Source of the DNA: Eledone cirrhosa
Lineage: Eukaryota
DNA length: 64,000 nt
Assembly: GCA_964016885.1 (NCBI GenBank)
Contig: CAXHJY010001255.1
Coordinates: 19,075 to 83,074 of the forward strand
Direction: 5' to 3'
In this document: positions 28,623 through 47,477 of the stretch, one piece after another
Numbering within the stretch: position 1 is the first letter of the stretch
Layout: the number at the start of each line of letters is the position of its first letter
The notes under the pieces: model-generated
The model's database searches: none
Told to the model about the DNA's origin: nothing
Seen by the model: the letters and a program-made list of their open reading frames with translations, nothing else
Made by a program: the position numbers and the translations under genes

Positions 28623-29249
28623 TATATATATTGATTTGTGTGTGTATGTGTATATGTGCTTATTTATATGTGAAGTTATACACAAATATTTCACTGTTGC
28701 AAGAATTTGGACAGGTCATTTGTTTGAGGATAACTTCCTAATCGCCAATCTTAGAGGCTTTGGAAAAATTAGTCCTTTGCTACCATTTTCTAATAAAAGT
28801 CTATTACTTTAAAATAATTTACAAAATAATCAAGAATCTGTAGGGATTTTTCCATTATCTGGTATTTGGAAATTAGGAAAGTTTTTACATAAAATTATGG
28901 ATGGAAGGTTTTTTTGATAAATATTAACATTTTAGAACAAACAGCTTTGTTTCATTGAATCAGTGCTGGTTTCAGGCAATTTGATATCAAAAAGATTAAA
29001 GAGTCATGTGTACTACTGACTTTCCCTCCTCAAAGTGTAAACAGAAACAGTTATGTTCCTTCACATTCTGAGTTCAACTTTGCCTTTATCCATCTGGTCA
29101 GGAATTCAATCGAATTCACTTGGTTAAAAATAGAAATAGATTTTCTTAGAATTCAAACTAATGGTGGCCAGCTGGCATTTTTATTGTGTGTGGGTGTGTT
29201 AAAGTGGGGTTAAATTGTGTTGAAGGGTCAGTTTAGGAATGGATATGGA

Positions 29250-31605
29250 ATTAATCTTTTGTCTGCTTACTGAAAAGAGATAAGCTCCTAATAAGTAGCA
29301 CAGAAATGAACACAACCACAAGGATATGGGCCAAACGTGGAAGAGCCGAACTCCCACTGTCATTGCCTCCATCTCTGTATGGTGAGAAAATGGGGTCCCA
29401 CGTGCTAGCCTCCCCTCAGCCCTGGCAAACAGAATGGAGAAGGCGTTTCCCTGGAGGAGGGTAAGGGAGATGCACTGAAAGAGCCATTCTAACTCGCGAG
29501 GCTCACACCTGCAGCTGGACAACTCAGCGCCTATGGTCGTGAGTAGGAAGGTATCCCTAGGGCCAAGGACACCAGAAGTCTCCACTGCCAAGGGCACAAC
29601 CACAAACCAGTCAGAGTGACCGATACTTGGAGAGTTTGGCCTCCTCAGTCCGACGTGCAGGAGAACCTGGGTTAGTTGCGGCTGGAGAAAGTGTCACTGC
29701 AAGTGGCATCCATGACGAGGGGTTTTCCACTGCAGAATGGGAAGATGGTCATGCTGTCCCCTCAGTCCAGCCCCATGAGGGCAGCATGGCGTAGAAGGCG
29801 GCTGGCACTGTGGTGACAGGAAAGCGGGTGGAGGCCGAAAGAGTCCATGGTGGATCCAGAGTGACATTTATGTGGCTCACAGGCCCGGAGACCAAGCCTC
29901 AGGGAAACGCCAATGCACAGGCCATTGTTATCCAGCTGCATGCCAGTGGAGAAGAAGGGTAAGGCATGGAGCCAGGCACCACCATGGGGTTTGGAGGCCA
30001 CACGAAAACAAGCAAGGCGGTGCTGGTCGAGCTGGCATATGAGCCTGTCTGAGGCCAGGTTGCACTGGATGGCATCCCAAATGCTTTAGGGAGACTTGAC
30101 GTCAGCAGGGGGAGAAAGAGGAGGGTTACTGGGCTAAGCCCCAGCCGGTCCCACGTCTCACAGGTGGCCTTACGTTCCTCAATCACAGACGGTTCCATTG
30201 TGTTTTGGAGAACTCTGCTAACGAGGACACGGAATGAGGTTACCGACGAAAGAAACACCGGCAAAGCCAGCGAGATCAGGGACCTGGAGGTGATTCCCGC
30301 CAGGGCAGGAACCACCAATTGTAGGTCATGGCAGACAGTCTCTACAGGCCTACCTAACATAGTATCATCCAGGTACCAAACATTGAGAGGGGCTGTGATA
30401 CTCCGGGCAATGTGGTCTATACCAAGAGCAAACAGGAGGGGGTCCAAAGGGTCACCCTGTTGGACCCCAGTGGCCGAAGGTATGACCGTATCAGCAGCAA
30501 GGAGCATGCTTGGGGCTCCATATGACAGGTAGGCCAGCGGGTAGGCAGAGGGGGCTCGGCTGAGGCAGTCATCGAGCAGATGGTCCTGGCGTATACAGTT
30601 AAAGGCATTCCTCATGTCAAGCTTGACAATAAGGTGCCTGGAATCCCTGGATGCCAGTTCCAGTTGGCAGCTGTTGAAGAATTGCCTGGTTGCATGTGCG
30701 GCCCCCTCACAGCCACCGGACACGCCGACACCCAGTTGCACCAGACTGAGCACCTCACCCAGTTCAGGTGTGATGGATCTGCAGACCACCTTTGCAGCCA
30801 GCCTCTGGAAGACATTGCCCACAGCGATGGGGCGTATGTCACCTTCTTTCTTCCTGAGAGCAGTCAGGCTAGCCGAAAAAAAAAGAGGCCTCGGGCGTGA
30901 GGGTCCAGGGTGCCATGGATGAGCTTATTGGTGAGTGCCACAATTGCACTCAGAAGGCAGTGCCCAGCCTCAGCGGACAGGGGAGACAGCAACTCTTTGA
31001 GGTGGCCAGGTCGGAGACCATCAGCACCACCGCTGCTGCTAGCTGGGAAGGACTTGATGGCAGACATGATGTCTGCGTCAGAGGCCACAAGGAGCAAGTG
31101 GGGATCAGGTGGGGGTATGGGTCTGAGGTCAGTGGGTGGCTCAGGGTGTTTGAGTCGCAGGGCAGCCAGGACCTCCTTAGAGGATTGGAGGACAGTGTCC
31201 TCTGAGGCAACCATTCTGACATCTCCCATGATTAGTTTAGCGTTTATGCGGTCATGTAAACGCTTGGTGCTGACCTCAGGGGTGGAGGATTGAAGGCACC
31301 TGAGAGCAGGGGGTGTGGCATCCTTCGGCACGCTTGGATGAGCACTTGCCCAAAGGTCGAAACATTGGCCCTGACAAAGGCTGCTGTCGACAAGCCGACT
31401 TGGTCAGTGCCAGAGGGGCGAAATAAAAGAAGCGCTCCCAGTCGCTGGCTCGATTAGAGTCCAGAGCATTCAATTGAGAAAGCGAGGGCATCAGCTACCA
31501 GCACCCGGGTCGCTCTCGGGATCTTGAACGGAATCATCTGGAGCCGCCTGAGCTGAGCGATGTTGACCAGTGAGGCTTCGGCATCAGACAAGCTCACTGT
31601 CTCGG
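29250..31605 (-). mobile_element. Degenerate CRE-clade non-LTR retrotransposon (RT, zinc knuckle, restriction-like endonuclease)
   Basis: Motifs SSGGADGLRPGHL, IRPIAVGNVFQRL, QLGVGVSGGCE, LDMRNAFN, GVQQGDPL.PLLF, WYLDD, CHSGSTMDSFGLHPLSC..RH, VPLAVETSGVLG; clearly more GC-rich than its flanks. Confidence 0.8.
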
Positions 31606-32553
31606 TTGTTCTACACCTTACATTATATATTTTGAATGCCTCTCGCAGGAGTTCCACTCAGTTGTAAGCAAGCATTCAGGCTGTGTCTCTAGTCTAAAGA
31701 TATATTCCTCCTTCCTCCCTGACTACACCAATCAACAAAGCAAAAAAATGGGTCATCTTTCCCCAGCCCCATACCCACCCAGGCTGACTGTTAGGCATCA
31801 AGTATGTGTCACATCAAGTGAGAACTGTTAGTGTATGATTTAAAACAGCACAGATCACAGGAGCTGTGGGGAGAGGAAGAATTTAATGTTTTAATTAAAC
31901 ACCTCCACCTCAATAGTTTCTGCTACAGACCCACAACATCCCTACAACCACTAAGTAAATAGTGGTTTAACACCAACAGTTCCCAAACATAGTTATTTCT
32001 ATTTAATTGACACTTAGATATATACATGGGTATGTGTTGTGGATATCTATTAGTGTATAAAGGTGTGTAAATAGGCTTGTGTATGTGTGTAAAATATGTG
32101 CATATGTGTGTGTATGTATGTATGTATATGTGTGCATGTATATGTGCCTGTGTATATACATGTTCATGTGTGTGAATATGTACATGTGTGTATATAAGTG
32201 TAATAAATCCACCCCATACACATAAATAGTAATTAAAATCTTACGACTACAGCCAAAATAATCTCCCAAAGTCAATCAAGTGAAGAACAATTTGTTCATG
32301 CCAGGCAGAGGGGGTGGTTGCAAGTTCCAGCTGAATGCTGAGTGTAACTGTACATGTCTGAAATATAGGCAGTTACCAACTGAAGTTTGTAAAGCTGCAG
32401 TTGAATACCTCAGGTGTAACAATACAGTTTCAACACCACACTTCCTTTATATTTGGCTTAACTACTCCTCTCACAAACAAATCTTCAAGTCACCATATCA
32501 ACAATTTAATGACTACATAAATAGGTATCATTAAATGTATTACTGTGTTTAGG

Positions 32554-32585
<32 letters not shown>

Positions 32586-32724
32586 TTATTTATAAAATGA
32601 GGACTGTATGCCTAATTATTAAAACACCTAAGAAGCCTCTTATGTGATGCAACCTTGTCTGAACTATAACAATAATAAAAATAACTATATATACACACAC
32701 AGACATATATACATGTACATCTGT

Positions 32725-32794
<70 letters not shown>

Positions 32795-32795
<1 letters not shown>

Positions 32796-33365
32796 GAATC
32801 AAAAGGCCTTAAAGTTAACTTGTCTAAGACTAAAGTTCTAGTATGTAGAAAGGAAAATAGGGCACAGGTACACCCTGGGAAATGGCCATGCCCAGTGTGT
32901 AAGAAAGGAGTAGGTAGAAGTTCCATTCTATGTCCCAAATGCAAACAATCAGTACATAAAAGATGTAGTGGGATCACAGGTAAGCTAACTAAGAACATAG
33001 ATTTTATATGTGGCCGATGCTCAGGTGCAATAAGTAACAAGAGCCCACAGGATACTAGCTCCTACTGTCCAGGTGGTTCTATAGAAATAGTGGACACTTT
33101 CTGTTACCTGGGTAGTGACAAAATAAGCAGTGGTGGAGGGTGCTCTGAAAGTACAATAGCCAAAGTTAGAACAGGATGGAAAAAGTACAGAGAGCTTATA
33201 CCACTATTGGCCTCAAAAGGTTTCCCTCTAAAAATGAAAGGCAGATTGTATGATGCCTGCATACGAACAGCAATGCTACATGGCAGTGAGACGTTGACAT
33301 TGTCTGCAAAGGACTTGCGCAGACTGGAAAGGAACGAAGGATGCATGCTCCGTTGAATGTGATGA
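32795..33365 (+). mobile_element. RTE RT C-terminal fragment embedded in microsatellite
   Basis: ORF 32820-33356 with KTKVL, PHD cluster, FCYLG and LHGSET. Confidence 0.9.
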
Positions 33366-33533
33366 TATACACATGCATTTATATATCATCATCATCACCG
33401 TTTTACATTCGTTCTTCCACGCTAGCATAGGTTAGTCGGGTCGTCCTGTTGTGGGCAGTGTCCAGTCGGCTGACCTTGTCTTGCTCATACGATATATATA
33501 CACACACACACACATATATATATATATACACAC

Positions 33534-33564
<31 letters not shown>

Positions 33565-33700
33565 TATATACACATATATATGTATATACACACACATCTA
33601 TACACACACACACACACACACACATATATACACACACATATATATATGCACACATATCATCATCGTTTAACGTCTATCTTCCACGCTAGCATAGGTTTAG

Positions 33701-33752
<52 letters not shown>

Positions 33753-33821
33753 TATATATATATACACACACATATATATATATATATATATACACATATA
33801 TATTTATATACACATACACAC

Positions 33822-33868
<47 letters not shown>

Positions 33869-34199
33869 CACACATTGTCCCAGCGCATTGCTGGTGCCTT
33901 GTTTTGGGGCCCGGAGAGTGGAGAGCCGATGCTCTCTGCTTTAAAGCAAACAATTATTATTATTATTATATAAAAACTGAACTGGAAAAGTCAACAGTTA
34001 CATGATTTTGTATCAGTACTGATGGTAATATATATGTATGTGGGTGTGGGTGTGTGTGTGAGTGGCGTGGGTGTGTGTGTGAGTGGCGTGTGTGTGTTTG
34101 TATGCATGTGTTGGTGTGTGAGTGAGTGTGTGTGTGTGTGTGTGTGCCGTGTGTGGCAATAAGTGGTGTTTTTTTTTTGTTATGACTATGGTGTAAAAT

Positions 34200-35450
34200 G
34201 GAGGAGTAGAGAGGGCCCATGAGTCCAGTAAGACATCCTCTCTAGTGCTGGTGGTACAAATAAAAGCACCCAGTCCATGCTGTAAAGTGGCGCTGGTGTT
34301 AGGAAGGGCATCCAACCAGTGTATCAATGCCAAAACAATTGCAAGCACAGCAACAAGTAAATAAGAACAACAAAAATATGAAGACGTCGCATCTTAGAGT
34401 TGCAACACAATGTTGCCACTCTCACAGGTAAATCTGGTGAAATAGCGGAGATGCTGGAGAGAAGGCATGTGGATGTGTGCTGCGTGCAAGAGGTGAGATG
34501 GAGAGGTGCCTCTGCAAGACTAGTGACAGGCAAACATCTTAGCTATAAGCTTTTCTGGGTAGGTAAGGATGATGGGTTAGGGGGAGTAGGCATTTTCTTG
34601 GCTGAGAGATGGATCAATAAGACAATAGAGGTAGTTCGAGCTAATAATCGAATAATTAAGCTTAGATTAGTTGTAGGCAGGAGACTACTGACAATCATCT
34701 CTGCCTATGCTCCCCAAGCAGGCCTAGGCAAAGAAGAGAAAGACTGCTTTTACGAGCAACTTTTACAAACAACCGCAATGACAGAGGACGGAGACATCGT
34801 TATGCTAGCAGGGGACTTCAATGGTCATGTTGGACAGCTCCAGGATGGTTACACTGGGGTACATGGTGGGCACGGTTACGGCTCAAGAAATGAAGGAGTG
34901 AGAGTCCTTGAATTTTGTGATGCAAGTACAGTGACTATTTGCAACACTAACTTCCAGAAACCTGCCAACCACCTAATAACCTACAAATCAGGCAAGCACA
35001 TAAGCCAGATTGACTCCTTACTAGTTAGGCAGCGGGACAGTAAGATGGGTGTCATATACCAAGGCATACCCTGGGAAAGAACGTACCCCACAGCATAAGC
35101 TAGTCGTTAGTGATATCTCAGTAAGCAACAGATGGAATGAGACATACAGGAAGGTGTGGAGAAGAAAGGTCTGGAAGCTAAAAGACCTTTCACTAAAATA
35201 CAAATTTAGGAAAGCCCTTCAAGATGTGTATGATGAAAAAGAAGACGATTTAGAGATGTATGGCATAGATAATAAACTGGAATTTCTTACGTGACAACTT
35301 ACTGCAGGCTACTGATGAAACTTGTGCCTGGAGCAGAGCTCCAACCAGACAGAGAGTGACCTGGTGGTGGAACAGCACAGTAGATAAGGCCATTAGAGAC
35401 AAAAGAATAGCATGGAAGGCTTGAAAAAAGGGTGGGAGTAGAGAAGGATA
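34200..35450 (+). mobile_element. RTE LINE 5' portion encoding an AP-endonuclease
   Basis: ORF 34400-35098 with NVATLTGK, CVQEVRW, GGVG, SAYAPQ, GDFNGHVG, SQID; truncated at (TA)n near 35450. Confidence 0.9.
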
Positions 35451-35453
35451 TAC

Positions 35454-35507
<54 letters not shown>

Positions 35508-36064
35508 TGCCAACTCGTTTTCGAGTACGGCCACTAATTTATATCCATGTAGGAGAACCCCTATCAATGCGGGGAACAAGTGTGACTTTTTAGTCCTGCC
35601 AGCGACTTGAAAATTCTGGTACAAACACTACACTTGTGACAATTATTGACACATAGTGCTGGGCCCATGAGACCATGTGACGAAGAGTGCAGAGAGATCT
35701 CCAGATATAAAGCAATGCCTGTGCCTTGAAGCTTTTATAGTGAGCAAAGGCACTGCACAAAGCCAGTCCCACTCTCTTTACCAAGATGATATTTACCAAA
35801 AAGAAGAACAAGTCAACATCATTGGATACCATCGGGGTTGCAGGTGTTATATCAGAATTTTCCTTCTAGAATTCTGCCTTGACAAAGGCTAAAGGGTCAT
35901 CTCACCCGGTGATTTTGGATGGCCATTGACTCTAAGAGCTCCTTTTCCCTTTGACAGATTTTGTTTTTAGTCCTGCAGGATGTCCAAAGTCATCCTCCTC
36001 ACCAACAAATCTTGGTGGGGTTGCCAGTTTAGTCGCCAACGACCCGACCATGTAACAGGTTGTA

Positions 36065-39008
36065 TCATCATCATCATCAACGTTTAACGTCCGTGTTCCA
36101 CGCTTGCATGGGTTTGGACGGGGGCAGTCCCACTTGAGGCAAGAGTAATTGTCTTGCTCGCATAGGACTGTCTGGCAGGTTTTCTACAGTTGGATGCCCT
36201 TCCTAACACCAACCACATTTACAGTGTGGGTCTGGGAGGTTTTTACTGTGTTGCCTACACGGCCACATTACAGCGTGGACTGTGTGTTTTTTTGTCGTGA
36301 CACCTACACGATCTCATTTGTTTCGGCCTGGATGGCGCGGCACCAACATAACTTTACATAGAACGGGGTGGTGTGGATGGGGTGGGGGTGGTGGCGGGAC
36401 GGGGTGTATTTTGTTAGAGATGCCTACTGGCAAGGCGGGTCTTCTCTGTTACTGAGTACCGCCAAAGGTCTCGGTCCAGTGACATTGTCTTGGAGAGGTG
36501 TAAGTGTGTGAGGTCGGAGTTTATCAGCTCGTCCCAGGTTTTTCTAGGTCTGCCTATTCCGTGGCTACCGTCTATCTTTATTGCCCTGCACTTTGTTATA
36601 CAGCTATCGACTTTCATGCGCATCACGTGTCCATACCAACGTAGCCTTCTCTCGAGTAAACAACATCTGATCCCTCTTATCTCTAATTTTTTCCTTAGTT
36701 CGTTTATGCTTTGCCGTTCACGTATATTACTGTTACACATCCAGCGGAGCATGCAAGCTTCGTTCCTCTCTAGTCTGCGTATATCCTCTGCACACAATGC
36801 CCAGGTCTCACTGCCATGCAACATTGCTGTTCGTATGCAGGCATCGTACAACCTGCCTTTCATTTTTAGGGAGAACCCTTTAGCAGCTAATAGTGGTATA
36901 AGCTCTCTGAACTTTTTCCAACCAGTTCTGACTCTAGCTACAGTACTTTCAGAGCACCCTCCCCCACTGCTGATTTTATCGCCCAGGTAACGGAAGCTGT
37001 CCACTATTTCTATAGAACCCTCTGCGCAATTGAAAGAGCTAGTATTTTGTGGGCACTTGCTGCTACTTATTGCACCAGAACACCGGCCACATGTAAAATC
37101 TATGTTCTTAGTTAGCTTACCTGTGATCCCACTACATCTTTTATGCACCCATACTTTGCATTTAGGACATAAAATGGAGTTTCTACCTACGCCTTTCCTA
37201 CACACCGAGCACGACCATTTCCCAGAAGGGACCGCCGCCTTGTTTTCTTTCCTACAAACTAGAACTTTGGTCTTAGCCAGGTTAATTTTAAGTCCTTTTG
37301 ACTCTAGGCCGTGCTTCCATGTTTGGAATTTCTTCTCTAGCTCGGCCATTGATTCCGCTATGAGTGTTAGGTCGTCTGCGTATAGGAGTTCCCATGGGCA
37401 GCCTGTCTTGAACTCCTCTGTTATAGCCTGAAGGGCAATAATATATAGTAGGGGGCTGAGAACAGAGCCCTGATGGATGCCAACTTTTACGCTAAACTCT
37501 TCACTATATTCGTTGTTAATTCTAACCTTGCTGACTGTTTATACATGGCTTGTATAGCCCTCACAAGCCATTCGTCAACACCTAGTTTTCTAAGAGACCA
37601 CCAGATAATGGAACGGGGGACTCTGTCGAAGGCTTTCTCCAAGTCGACAAAAGCTAAGTAGAGGGGTTTACCTTTAGCTAGGAACTTCTCCTGTAGTTGT
37701 CGTACTATGAAAAGAGCGTCTGTGGTACTTTTGCCTGACACAAACCCGAACTGCATTTCATCTAGGTCAATTCTCTCTCTGATTAGTTGCGCTATTACTT
37801 TTTCCGTGACCTTCATGACCTGGTCGATTAATTTAATGCCTCTATAGTTACTCCTATCTAGGGTGTCTCCTTTACCCTTATAACAGTTAACGATGATGCT
37901 GCTATGCCAGTCCTTCGGAACAACCCCATTCTGTACGACATGGTTAACTATGCGAGTGACCATGGTGTGTCCCACCGTGCCAGATGCCTTCAGCATCTCA
38001 GCAACTATTTCCGAAGGCCCAGCCGCCTTACCTGTCTTCATATCCTTGATTGCCTTACTTATTATACTCCCCTCGACTAACACTGCTGGTCCCTCTATTG
38101 GGTCGATATGGGGGAGACTGTCTTTCTCCCATTTATTCTCCTCATTTAGTAGCCTTTCATAGTGACACTTCCAAGCTACCTTCTTATCAGTGTCGGTGAT
38201 GGCATGTATGCCATCATCGTTAAGTACACACTTCTCCCCGACAATATCACGGTTTTCCTTGACGCATTGCCTAGCAATCCTGAACACCTCACGTTTTTGG
38301 TCATCGCGTTGTAGAACATGCTTGAACTTTCTTTCCTCAGCTTCCCTTCTTGCTAAGTACACTTCTCTCCTAGCTTCCCTCCTGGCCACTTGATAGTCTA
38401 CTCTACTTCCCCCATCCCGCCATACTTTCCAAGCCTGCCTTTTGGCCTTAATTGACCCCTCCACCTTACTGTTCCACCACCATGTTACTCTCCTCCTGCC
38501 TACAGGCCTGCTCCAGCCACAGACTTCGTCTGTCGCCAACAGCAGGTTTGCTTTCAGAAATTCCCACTGTCCCTCTATATTGTCCGACTCTAAATGTTCT
38601 TCCTTACTGTCGAAAGCATCAAGTAATATGTTCTGAAATTTATTTTTGGCTGTGGGGTCCTTTAGCTTCCATATTTTTCTCCTGAGGATAGTCCTCTTCT
38701 GCTGTCGAGTACGTCTCGTCCTGACTATGAGGTCGCTAATTATCAGTCTATATTGGGAGGTGCATTCTTCATGGGGGAGGGATTTAGTGTTTACAACAGA
38801 CACTCTGTCACGTCTTCTGGTAAGGATATAATCTACCTGGCTTGTGTGTTCCCCGGATTTATAGGTGATCAGGTGATTGTCACGTTTTTTGAAGTTAGTG
38901 TTACAGATAGTTAGGTTATTTGCATCACAGAATTCCAGGATTCTGGAGCCTTCCTCATTTCTAGTACCAAACCCATAGCCTCCATGGATTTCGTCGTAGC
39001 CGTCACAA
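36065..39008 (-). mobile_element. Young 5'-truncated RTE LINE: APE C-terminus, RT and PHD finger, one frameshift near 37535, 3' UTR and (ATG)n tail
   Basis: ORFs 37487-39008 and 36414-37349 with NYRGIKL, QFGF, DLEKAFDRVP, HQGSVLSP, YADDL, FRYLG, RRLRWYGHV. Confidence 0.95.
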
Positions 39009-39012
39009 TGTA

Positions 39013-39053
<41 letters not shown>

Positions 39054-39225
39054 ATATATATACATATATATATATATACATATACACTTACATATATATA
39101 TATATACATATATAACGGAAGAAATGTGGTAAGTAACCAGGTGGACCATAACGCACCAAAGTACTCAATATTTAGGGTAGTAGAGTGGGTAATAGAGTAG
39201 GACCCCTACGACCATATATGGAATT

Positions 39226-39321
39226 ACCCCTTGAGAAGCTCGGCTATTCAAATACCAGGATAAAAATTTTCCTTTACTCCAGAATTAGCCGTCGAAACGG
39301 CTTGAGCTCAGCTGTCGGGGT
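39226..39321 (+). ncRNA. Type I hammerhead ribozyme, U3:A8 core variant
   Basis: Stem I ACCCC/GGGGT; core TTGAGAA; stem II G..CGGCTA/TAGCCG..C; GAAA at 39294-39297; stem III ACGGCT/AGCTGT; GTC cleavage triplet at 39314-39316. Confidence 0.8.
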
Positions 39322-39334
39322 CCTACTCGTTCCT

Positions 39335-39343
39335 ATATACATA

Positions 39344-39398
<55 letters not shown>

Positions 39399-39686
39399 AC
39401 ATATACATACATATACATACATATATATACATATACATACATATACATATATATACATATATATATATACATATACATACATATATATACATACATATAC
39501 ATACATACATATACATAAATATACACATATACATACATATATATATACATATACATACATATACATACATATACATACATATATATACATAAATATACAC
39601 ATATATATATACATATATACATACATATACATACATATATATATATACATATACATACATATATATATATACATATATATATATAC

Positions 39687-39735
<49 letters not shown>

Positions 39736-40090
39736 CATATATATATATACATATATATATATACATATATATATATACATATATATATATACATATATAT
39801 ATATACATATATACATATACATATATACATATACATATATACATATATATATATACATATATATATATACATATATATATATACATATATATATATACAT
39901 ATATATATATATACATATATATATATACATATATAAATATATACATATATATATATATACATATATATATACATATATATATATATACATATATATATAT
40001 ACATATATATATATACATATATATATATACATATATATATATACATATATATATATATACATATATATATATACATATATAAATATATAC

Positions 40091-40121
<31 letters not shown>

Positions 40122-40134
40122 CATATATATATAC

Positions 40135-40167
<33 letters not shown>

Positions 40168-40446
40168 CATACATATATATATATACATATACATATATAC
40201 ATATATATATATACATATATATATATACATATATATATACATATATATATACATACATATATACATACATATATATATACATATATATATATATACATAT
40301 ATATATACATATATATATACATATACATATATATACATATATATATATATACATATATATATACATACATATATATATATACATATATATATATATACAT
40401 ATATATATATACATATATATATATACATATACATATATATATATAC

Positions 40447-40477
<31 letters not shown>

Positions 40478-40536
40478 CATATATATATATACATATATAT
40501 ATATACATATATATATATATACATATATATATATAC

Positions 40537-40567
<31 letters not shown>

Positions 40568-40828
40568 CATATACATATATATACATATATATATATACAT
40601 ATATACATATATATATATACATATATATATATACATATATATATATACATATATATATATACATATATATATATACATATATATATATACATATATATAT
40701 ATACATATATATATATACATATATACATATATATATACATATATATATATACATATATATATAAACATATATATATATACATATATATATATACATATAT
40801 ACATATATATATATATACATATATATAC

Positions 40829-40875
<47 letters not shown>

Positions 40876-40968
40876 CATATATATATATATACATATATAT
40901 ATATACATATATATATATATACACATATATATATATACATATATATATATACATATATATATATATAC

Positions 40969-41015
<47 letters not shown>

Positions 41016-41210
41016 CATATACATATATATATATACATATACATATATATATATACATATATATATATACATATATATATATACATATATATATACATAT
41101 ATATATATACATATATATATATACATATATATATATATACATATATATATATACATATATATATACATATATATATATACATATATATATATACATATAT
41201 ATATATATAC

Positions 41211-41291
<81 letters not shown>

Positions 41292-41344
41292 CATATATAT
41301 ATATACATATATATATACATATACATATATATATACATATACAT

Positions 41345-41378
<34 letters not shown>

Positions 41379-41392
41379 ACATATATATATTC

Positions 41393-41423
<31 letters not shown>

Positions 41424-41726
41424 TATATACATATACATATATATACATATATATACATATACATACATATATATATTCATATATATATATATATATACAT
41501 ATATATACATATACATATATATACATATACATACATATACATATATATACATATATATACATATACATATATATACATATATATACATATACATATATAT
41601 ACATATACATATATATACATATATATATACACACATATACATATATATACATATATATATACACACATATACATATATATACATATATATATACACACAT
41701 ATACATATATACACATATATATATAC

Positions 41727-41761
<35 letters not shown>

Positions 41762-41808
41762 CATACATATATATATACATATATATATATACATATACAT
41801 ATATATAC

Positions 41809-41839
<31 letters not shown>

Positions 41840-41948
41840 CATACATATATATACATATATATACATATACATATACATATATATACATATACATATACAT
41901 ATATATACATATATATATATATACATATGTATATATATATATATACAT
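39335..41948. repeat. ~2.6-kb (TA)n/(TACA) microsatellite array
   Basis: Direct reading of the sequence. Confidence 0.98.
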
Positions 41949-42620
41949 TTATTAAAATAACAGATTAAAGTTTAAGCAAAGAATCGCTGCTTTCACCCTT
42001 AACGGGATCTTCTGAAACTAACAAAGTCAATCTGTAAACGCAGAACTGGATATTTCAAAAAACGTTGCAACCGGAGCAAGACAGGAAGACGATACTTTGG
42101 TTCGTGGTAACGTTCGCTGGCAAAGAACGGGAAAAACCGAAAAAGAGGAGCGGTGAAAAACAATTACGCGCAAAAACAGAACCACGATTATGGTATAAAA
42201 GAGGTCGTAGACTAATGTTCTCTTAGGTGGTGCATAGAGACGTTCTCTGGCAATGAACGTAAAAACGAAGATAATAAGTCATATGTGGAGCGTGGAGAAC
42301 AATAGCACGCAAAGACAAAACCACGTAAATGGTATAGCAGAAGTCGTAGACTAAAATTCTAATTGGGAGACCAAATGAATCTCCGGTACAGAGTTAAGAA
42401 CAAAGTAAATAAATACAATACAGAAGTAATAGAAACAAATACGTACATACACAAGCATACGCAAAACCTTACCATAGGTATACAAAACCACGCACATATA
42501 GAATATGGTGTGTGTGTGTGTGTATGCTTGTGTACAAATAAATAAATAATTATATCAACGTTTTGCTCTACGGTTCTTATATATTTGATATATATTTTCC
42601 TTATCGAGCCCTCTTTGGAT
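41949..42620 (-). mobile_element. Complex island between arrays, probably a PLE terminal repeat, with a ~135-bp internal duplication
   Basis: Duplicated ACGTTC.CTGGCAA.GAACG and AACCACG...TGGTATA...GTCGTAGACTAA; minus-strand AATAAA at the array junction; degenerate HHR-like motifs. Confidence 0.4.
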
Positions 42621-47477
<4,857 letters not shown>

